Source of the DNA: a virus | Lineage: Duplodnaviria > Caudoviricetes | DNA: 29,098 nt | IMG/VR virus record: IMGVR_UViG_3300037751_000396 | Location: 1 to 29,098 of that record | Direction: 5' to 3' (one strand) | Shown: one piece after another, positions 23,437-29,098 of the stretch | How positions within the stretch are numbered: position 1 is the stretch's first letter | Layout: every line of letters begins with the position of its first letter | The notes under the pieces: model-generated | What the model saw: the letters and a program-made list of their open reading frames with translations, nothing else | Told to the model about the DNA's origin: nothing | The model's database searches: none | Made by a program: the position numbers and the translations under genes

Positions 23437-25704
23437 ATGGCTGACGGCGCCCACGATCACGATCTTTCCGGTCTCGCCACCAAGGCAGACCTTGACGCTC
23501 TCCGGCTTCACACGACGGAGCGGATAAGCAACGCTGCGGGCCAGATAGCCGCCCACGGCCTGGACCTGCATGAGGTAGACGAACGGCTGGCATGGCTGGA
23601 AGCGGCCGTCAAAGCCCTTCAGGACGCCACACAGCCGCCCGCTGGCGAGAAGCCGGCCGATCCTGTACCCGAAGACCCGCCGAAAGCGGATCCGCCTGTA
23701 GACCCCCCGGAAACGCCACAGGAGCCTGACGACGCCGCGTTCGACACCGACCTCCTGGTCGAGCCCATCGGCAACCCGAGGGACATGGTAATCCCGACGA
23801 ACTGGCAGGCGGGGGGCTCGTATTTCCGGGGCAACCGCAGGACCGAGCTGTCGGGGCTTGCGACACTGGCGTACCGGCACAACGCCAAGCTTCCGATAAC
23901 CGGCGAGCACAAGCTGGTCATCACGCCGGTCGTTGGAGACGGCGCGTGGCTGGCGGTGGACACCGACGATCCCGGCGGCAAGAACAGCGGCGTGTTCGAG
24001 TTCGACACCACCTCTCTGCAGGACGGCATCTACTGGTCTCGTATTGTCAGACCGGATGGACGATCCAGCTTCCGCTACCCGCTCTATATCAAGAACGGCG
24101 CGCACGCGCAGACGGCCACCGTTCTTTCTACAGGCACTTACGAGAACTTCTTCGGCGGCAACCCGAACCACGTCAGCGCCCGCCTGCCGATGGGGTTCAA
24201 GCCACGCATCATCCCCGCCCGCCCGCGACCGGAGGCGAAGATCAACGGCGTCCCAAGCGACAAGCTCTACAGCGACATGCTGGTGCCGCTGCGAACCGGA
24301 AACATCTACCGGCCGGAAATCTCCGCCAACGGCTGGGTCGGCACGGACAACCGGCAGAGCTATTTTCAGGCGCAGATCACGCACCAGTATCCGTACCTCG
24401 CCCTGCTCGACGGGCCAAGGGGCAGAGGCAGCTTCCAGCCCGCCACCCGTATGCGCTTCCACAAGCGCGGCGGTGGCATCTGGTTCCTCGACGGTTGGCG
24501 GCTCGGCCTCGTCAAGCCGGATGGCGAGGTCGTCACCATTGCCGGGTTCCGCCACGACGATCTCCCGCCCTACCACGAGGACACGGACAAGGTGCCGCCG
24601 GCGCTGGTCGGCGACTGGTCGCGCGTCACGGGCCCGCACGGGATGCGCGAGGCGTGGGACTTCCTTGTTGACCCGCGCACGACCGGCGTCTCGGATGACC
24701 TCCTGGTGGGCGGCATACCGGCGCATCCGCAGGACGTGGTGTTCATCGTCTCGGACACCCCGCACAACCGGCTGATCAAGGTTAGTTGTCAGGGCGACAA
24801 GCCGATAGGAGAAGGATACGTCATCGTCGAGGTGCTGGTAGACGATCTGGACGATCCTTGGGGGCTGGCCTACGGACCCGCCGGGTCCAATCAGTTCGCC
24901 GTCAGCCAGCGGTGGTCGAACCGTCTGTCGATCTTCGATTTCGACGGAAATTTCATCCGGCACCTGTTCGACAATTCGGCCGACGCCGACATGGTGCGGA
25001 AGTTCTCGGGTGCGACCAGCAACCGCTTTGCCGACTCGGCGCTGAAGCATTCGGGCCTGACCATAAACGACACGCGCCAGCACTCGCTGATCTGGCTGGA
25101 GGGGATCGACGCTTGGGCTGAGCCAGGCGGGGATCACTGGATCGTGGGCGGCTCGGCTGCCATGGGGCAAATCCTGCGTTTCAACTGGCACACCGGGGAA
25201 CGGCAAATGGTGGTGCCCGAGTTCCGCGACAACCGCAGCGCGACCGTCAACATCACGGTCTGCCCGGATGACAGCGTGTTTCCGGCCGGCACCATCCTCG
25301 CCACAAGATGGGGGTCGGAGAACCACGGCGCACCGAACGCCTACGCGCAGGACGGCACGCGCCTCGACTTCCCGGTACACAGGCGCTACTTCGTCGGGCG
25401 CGGCGGGAGTTTTCCGTCGATCGCCTATGGCAGTTCCTGTTGAGTGGGCAGCGAGGCGCTTGGCCATTGGGGGCTGGCGTTCTGCGGCTCGTGGGAGGGG
25501 CTGATCCGCGTCTCGCTGGCACAGGACGACGACCCGCCCGCCATCGACAGCGCCCGCTTCGAGAGCGGCCGGAAGAAATACCACGCGCGCGGCTACGAGT
25601 TCCTTCATGGGCAGTGGGGCATGAACTTTCACGGCCTGCCTTTGCCGGTCGGCGAGGACCCGGACATCGACTACTTCCTGGATCGCTGTGCGGCGCTGCG
25701 GTAG
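23437..25704 (+). pseudogene. Large protein (coiled coil, Pro-rich linker, NHL/beta-propeller-like region) interrupted by an in-frame TGA at 25441-25443
   Basis: ORFs 23437..25443 and 25444..25704 abut in one frame; VSDT.HNRL, LDDPWGLA and FDFDGNFI are NHL-like units. Confidence 0.65.
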
Positions 25705-25763
25705 GTCGGTCGGGCTGCTGTGGCGGGAGAGCCGGGAGTAGGCTAGTTATCCTAATATTATAC

Positions 25764-25792
25764 TTGACGTACCCACCTTGGCTTGCTATAAA
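25764..25792 (+). promoter_or_regulatory. Transposase promoter overlapping the left IR
   Basis: TTGACG-17 nt-TATAAA with an extended TG. Confidence 0.68.
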
Positions 25793-25817
25793 AGGGGCAA
25801 GCAAAGGGATCAACGTC

Positions 25818-26765
25818 ATGTCCATTCTCTCCGAACCTCACTTCCACGATGAACAGGCGGCCTACGATTTCGTAGAGGCGCGCGTGTGGCCGAACGGTCC
25901 GGTTTGCCCGCACTGTGGCGAGACCGACCGGGTTAGCCGCATGAAGGGCGAAAGCACCCGGATCGGCACCTACAAGTGCTATTCGTGCCGCAAGCCGTTC
26001 ACCGTGAAGATCGGCACCATTTTCGAGTCCAGCCACGTCAAGATGAATCTGTGGTTGCAGGCGATCTTTCTGATGGCGTCCAGCAAGAAGGGCATCAGCT
26101 CCAACCAGCTTCACCGGACCTTGGGCGTGACCCTGAAAACCGCTTGGTTCATGTCGCACCGTATCCGTGAAGCCATGCGCGACGGCAAGCTGGCGCCGCT
26201 CGGCGGCAACGGCATGGTCGTGGAAGCCGATGAAACCTACTACGGCAAGCAGGCCGATCCGCAGCCGTCGCCGCAGCGCAAGGGCCGGCCCTTCACCGGC
26301 GGTGGCCGCGGCCCTTCGGGCAAGCGCGCCATCGTCGGGCTTGTCGAGCGCAGCGGCGAAGTCCGTACCTTCCACGTCAAGCAGGCAACCAAGATCAACG
26401 TCGCCGCGCTGGTGCGCGATAACGTCGCCAAGGAAAGCATCCTCTACACCGACGAAAGCCGCCTCTACACCGGCATGGATCAGCACTTCACCGATCACCA
26501 GTCGGTCAAGCATAGCCGTGGCGAATATGTCCGGGGAGAGGTTCACTCCAACAACATCGAATCCTATTTCAGCGTGTTCAAGCGGGGCATGCGCGGCACC
26601 TACCAGCACTGTGCCGAAAAGCATCTGCATCGCTACCTCGCGGAATTCGACTTCCGCCACAACGGGCGGGTCGCGCTTGGCGTCAACGATATCTCGCGGT
26701 TCAATCGCGTTCTGAAAGGTATCAGCGGCAAGCGGCTAACCTATGAAACGACTCTTACAAGGTGA
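25818..26765 (+). CDS. IS1595-family DDE transposase (315 aa)
   Basis: WPNGPVCPHCG..YKC..CRK.F zinc ribbon, HTH, EADETY, YTDE, H.N.IE..F...KR, Y..EF.FR.N. Confidence 0.96.
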   Translation: MSILSEPHFHDEQAAYDFVEARVWPNGPVCPHCGETDRVSRMKGESTRIGTYKCYSCRKPFTVKIGTIFESSHVKMNLWLQAIFLMASSKKGISSNQLHRTLGVTLKTAWFMSHRIREAMRDGKLAPLGGNGMVVEADETYYGKQADPQPSPQRKGRPFTGGGRGPSGKRAIVGLVERSGEVRTFHVKQATKINVAALVRDNVAKESILYTDESRLYTGMDQHFTDHQSVKHSRGEYVRGEVHSNNIESYFSVFKRGMRGTYQHCAEKHLHRYLAEFDFRHNGRVALGVNDISRFNRVLKGISGKRLTYETTLTR

Positions 26766-26773
26766 GGAACCCT

Positions 26774-26959
26774 ATGGCGTCTGGCGACCGAGCAAGTACA
26801 GGCCGAAAGCCAAAAAAGGGCGCAAAGGCAAAGGGCGAAAAGCTTAGTCAGGAAGAGCAGTCCGAGCGGTTCAAAGAGACTGCTCGGGAGCTTGATGCTG
26901 ACGAAAGCGGGGAAGCCTTTGAACGGACGTTCAGGAAAATCGTTCCGCAAAAGCGATAG
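26774..26959 (+). CDS. Small IS1595-associated protein (61 aa)
   Basis: GAGG SD; Q.ERF.E.AREL..DE....FE...RK motif. Confidence 0.7.
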   Translation: MASGDRASTGRKPKKGAKAKGEKLSQEEQSERFKETARELDADESGEAFERTFRKIVPQKR

Positions 26960-26963
26960 CCCA

Positions 26964-27791
26964 TTAATCTCGGTGAAGCCGGTTCAGGCCGCTGACGAGA
27001 GCCCAAATATCAACGTCGGACGCCTTGACGTATTGGGCGAGCAACTTTTTCGAATCGGCTCGCATGCTGGAAAGCATACGTGCTAGACGCGGTGTCCAAC
27101 CATCTTCGTCTCGCAGCAAGTTTTGCCGCCATTCCCATGCTAATAAATCGGCACTGCAAAAGGCCGGGGCATTCGTTTTGGGTATCCATGACACTCCCTC
27201 GAAGGAGTCTATAATCTCCACCATGAACCGTCTGTTGTACATTCGGCTAACGAACTGTCGCGCTTCTTCCCAGTGATATCCGCCTCGTTCAAACCAGCAA
27301 TATATGCGCTCGTTATCGCCATAGGCCTTGGACCAGGTTCGCACCGCAAATAGCACTGCTAAGGTGCAAAGCGTGTAAGGACTATCAATTAGATTTCGTA
27401 GTTTCGGGCTTTTGGTGATCGCCGCGTGATAATCTGCCTCGGTCGTGGCGGCGACGAATCCAGCAACGGAATTTTCGGCGCTTAGACTGGCCAAACTGTC
27501 CATAAGTCCCTGCCGCCGTGGTTCTGGCCAGTCTGGCGGGTCAAACGGAGTGCGCCCCGCATTGCAAAGGGCGCTGCGATAAGGTTTGGACAGCCCTTCA
27601 ACCTGTGGCCCCCATGCATGGGTAAAGCTCTCAAGGCCCGGCTTGTCAAAAACGAAGCCGGCAACCGCTGTTACCGCGTCGTCTTCCGTACCGCCGGTTT
27701 CATCGAAGAAAGCTTCCAGCACCAGAACGTAACCATCGAAGCGATAGAACGCCGCAAACCAGCCCTCTAGGAAGTCTGCGTAGGTGCTCAT
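26964..27791 (-). CDS. DUF3800-like (RNase H-fold) passenger protein
   Basis: AFFDETG....AVAGF, FE.G and SADLLAW motifs; visibly lower GC than the flanks. Confidence 0.72.
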   Translation of the reverse strand: MSTYADFLEGWFAAFYRFDGYVLVLEAFFDETGGTEDDAVTAVAGFVFDKPGLESFTHAWGPQVEGLSKPYRSALCNAGRTPFDPPDWPEPRRQGLMDSLASLSAENSVAGFVAATTEADYHAAITKSPKLRNLIDSPYTLCTLAVLFAVRTWSKAYGDNERIYCWFERGGYHWEEARQFVSRMYNRRFMVEIIDSFEGVSWIPKTNAPAFCSADLLAWEWRQNLLRDEDGWTPRLARMLSSMRADSKKLLAQYVKASDVDIWALVSGLNRLHRD

Positions 27792-27893
27792 CGTACACCA
27801 CTACGCATGGCAGTGGGTACGGGAAATATAATATAGCTAGTTATCCTAAACCGCCTTTCCGTATAACTCACCGCCGGTGAACTGTACGGAGTG

Positions 27894-28088
27894 TCATTGG
27901 CCACGCATCAATGGCGAGCGGAGGAGGGCGCGGGCCATTGATTTCCAGTCATCCATCGTAGGGTTTTCCGGCGGCAGCGACAGGAAGCACGCCAGCGCCT
28001 CCACGTATTCCGCATCCTCGGCGGGGTCGGGGGCGCTTGTCACGGAGTCGTTGAACAGGACCCGTACCAGCTTGTAGCGATAGCGCAT
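27894..28088 (-). CDS. Hypothetical phage protein (64 aa)
   Basis: TGATG-coupled to the upstream gene. Confidence 0.5.
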   Translation of the reverse strand: MRYRYKLVRVLFNDSVTSAPDPAEDAEYVEALACFLSLPPENPTMDDWKSMARALLRSPLMRGQ

Positions 28089-28288
28089 CAGCCTTGCCTC
28101 TCGTTATGCCCGTAGCCGCCGACGAGCGGGCCATGGAACTCCATGATGAGGCTGTCATCGATTCGCAGGCGGATGGATTTGTGGTAGAAGCCGGTCTCGC
28201 TCTTGTGCGTCGTTTCCTTGAACGCGCGCATCTGCTCCTCAAGCTGCTTGTAGGCTTCGTAGTCGAGATGGATGTACTGGACGGTCAT
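28088..28288 (-). CDS. Hypothetical phage protein (66 aa)
   Basis: ATGA overlap; protein-like composition. Confidence 0.68.
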   Translation of the reverse strand: MTVQYIHLDYEAYKQLEEQMRAFKETTHKSETGFYHKSIRLRIDDSLIMEFHGPLVGGYGHNERQG

Positions 28289-28719
28289 TGTCCCTGCTCC
28301 CTTGCCCGGCGGCTTGCTATGCAGAGGGCGAGGGCTTCCGTTTTTGCCATCGCCGTTGGCGACATTTCGTCCTCAAAAGGCATGGCGCTGTCTTTGTAAA
28401 TCCACACGCGATACGGATAGCCGGCTGCCGGTAGATAGTTTGTGCGGCGCGCACGTCCTCCCGGCACCAAGGCAAGCGCCGCGTCGAGGGACGTGGTATA
28501 GTGGGGAGCGTGCCAGTTCAGGCTGCCGTGGCCGTCGTCATGCACAACCTCGACAACGCCGGCACGCGCAACCCGCCAGACCGGGAAATTCTCATCGGCC
28601 CATTTCGGCACCTGCCCACCGCTGGCCGTCACCATCGACCGCACGGCAACCGCAATCGCCGCATCCAGCTCCCGCGATCCCTCTGTCGCACTTTCCAGTC
28701 TCTCGATAATCCCGGTCAT
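28285..28719 (-). CDS. Phage protein (NinX/ABA-sandwich-like)
   Basis: GAGGAG SD; RLE.AT.GSRELD..IA, P.YT.SLDAA..LVP, T.ALALCIA. Confidence 0.72.
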   Translation of the reverse strand: MTGIIERLESATEGSRELDAAIAVAVRSMVTASGGQVPKWADENFPVWRVARAGVVEVVHDDGHGSLNWHAPHYTTSLDAALALVPGGRARRTNYLPAAGYPYRVWIYKDSAMPFEDEMSPTAMAKTEALALCIASRRAREQGQ

Positions 28720-28730
28720 GGCGTTGCTCC

Positions 28731-28961
28731 TCATTCGCACAGATCGGCGAGCGTGACCGGCGGCAGATCGCTCCATCGCGGCTTCTCCTTGGTAGGCTCT
28801 CCGTCGTCGTCAAATTCGACCTCCCAGCAGTCTGTGTCGTCCCAGCAACTCTCGCATACCGGCTCGCCCTTCCACAGGCGGACCTGATCGAGGAAGTAGC
28901 TTACCTCGGCCGCGCAGAAATCTTTCTGGCAGCCGACCAGAACCTTGATCTTTCCGGTCAT
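28731..28961 (-). CDS. Small Cys-rich (Zn-binding-like) phage protein
   Basis: CQKDFC...CESC; ATGA overlap. Confidence 0.68.
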   Translation of the reverse strand: MTGKIKVLVGCQKDFCAAEVSYFLDQVRLWKGEPVCESCWDDTDCWEVEFDDDGEPTKEKPRWSDLPPVTLADLCE

Positions 28962-29098
28962 GGCGTCTGCCCCGTGAAGGCCGCGCGCACGTCCTCAGGG
29001 GACGGCAGGTGGTCGTCAAGCCCGGCGGCTTGCATCCGCTGCAACAGCGCCTCCGCTTCATCGTATCGCCGTTGCGCCAAGGCCAGTTCGTCCCGGCG
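28958..29098 (-). CDS. 3' end of a hypothetical protein (partial)
   Basis: Open frame RRDELALAQRRYDEAE...GQTP* whose stop overlaps the next ATG. Confidence 0.55.
   Translation of the reverse strand, partial: RRDELALAQRRYDEAEALLQRMQAAGLDDHLPSPEDVRAAFTGQTP

Larger units (their letters stand above)
25755..27834 (+). mobile_element. IS1595-family element with passenger gene (about 2.08 kb)
   Basis: 22-bp imperfect inverted repeats at 25755-25776 and 27813-27834 (19/22 match); flanking direct repeat GCTAGTTATCCTA at 25742-25754 and 27836-27848. Confidence 0.88.
1..29098. mobile_element. Segment of a siphovirus-type temperate phage/prophage (neck, tail, accessory/lysis, start of convergent early-type genes)
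   Basis: Canonical order: head-tail connector, head closure, tail terminator, tail tube, frameshifted chaperone, HK97 gp10, tape measure, tail tip. No host housekeeping genes. Boundaries and integrase are not in the window. Confidence 0.93.

Noticed and set aside
25438-25470. Selenocysteine at TGT-TGA with a downstream hairpin
   Set aside because: The apical loop is only about 10 nt after UGA, closer than expected for a bacterial SECIS, and there is no redox-family context.
23326-25632. 768-aa minus-strand ORF and other long antisense ORFs (e.g. 5109..6431, 10601..11581, 18349..19389, 25758..26660)
   Set aside because: Shadow frames of GC-rich genes; Arg/Pro/His-rich, motif-free, and fully overlapping well-supported + strand genes.
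25308-25817. N-terminal extension of the transposase in the ORF track
   Set aside because: It crosses the left IR and promoter; the family-typical start is ATG 25818.

Overview
GC-rich late region of a long-tailed (siphovirus-type) temperate phage or prophage. The host is probably an alphaproteobacterium (inference from protein families; no search was run). On the + strand, a C4-like antisense RNA switch precedes an HslV/proteasome-like Thr protease. Next comes a 7-gene glycan synthesis/modification cassette: two GT-A glycosyltransferases, a SAM methyltransferase, a sulfotransferase, a Maf/CstII-like transferase, a NeuA-like cytidylyltransferase fused to an RraA-like aldolase, and a KpsS/KpsC-like transferase. 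The cassette is joined by start/stop overlaps, without a gap, to the neck genes. The tail module follows: tail tube, chaperone with a G GGA AAC -1 frameshift, HK97 gp10, a tape measure gene interrupted by one in-frame TAG, and tail-tip/fibre genes. An accessory/lysis region has no recognisable endolysin and carries several candidate minus-strand promoter + structured small-RNA units. After it are a large beta-propeller-like gene with one in-frame TGA, an IS1595-family element with a DUF3800-like passenger, and convergent small phage genes. The best candidates for new biology are (i) phage-encoded ulosonic-acid/sulfated/methylated glycan decoration, probably of the virion, and (ii) the set of antisense-oriented structured RNAs at 21.2-22.8 kb. 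All family assignments are from motif recognition by eye.
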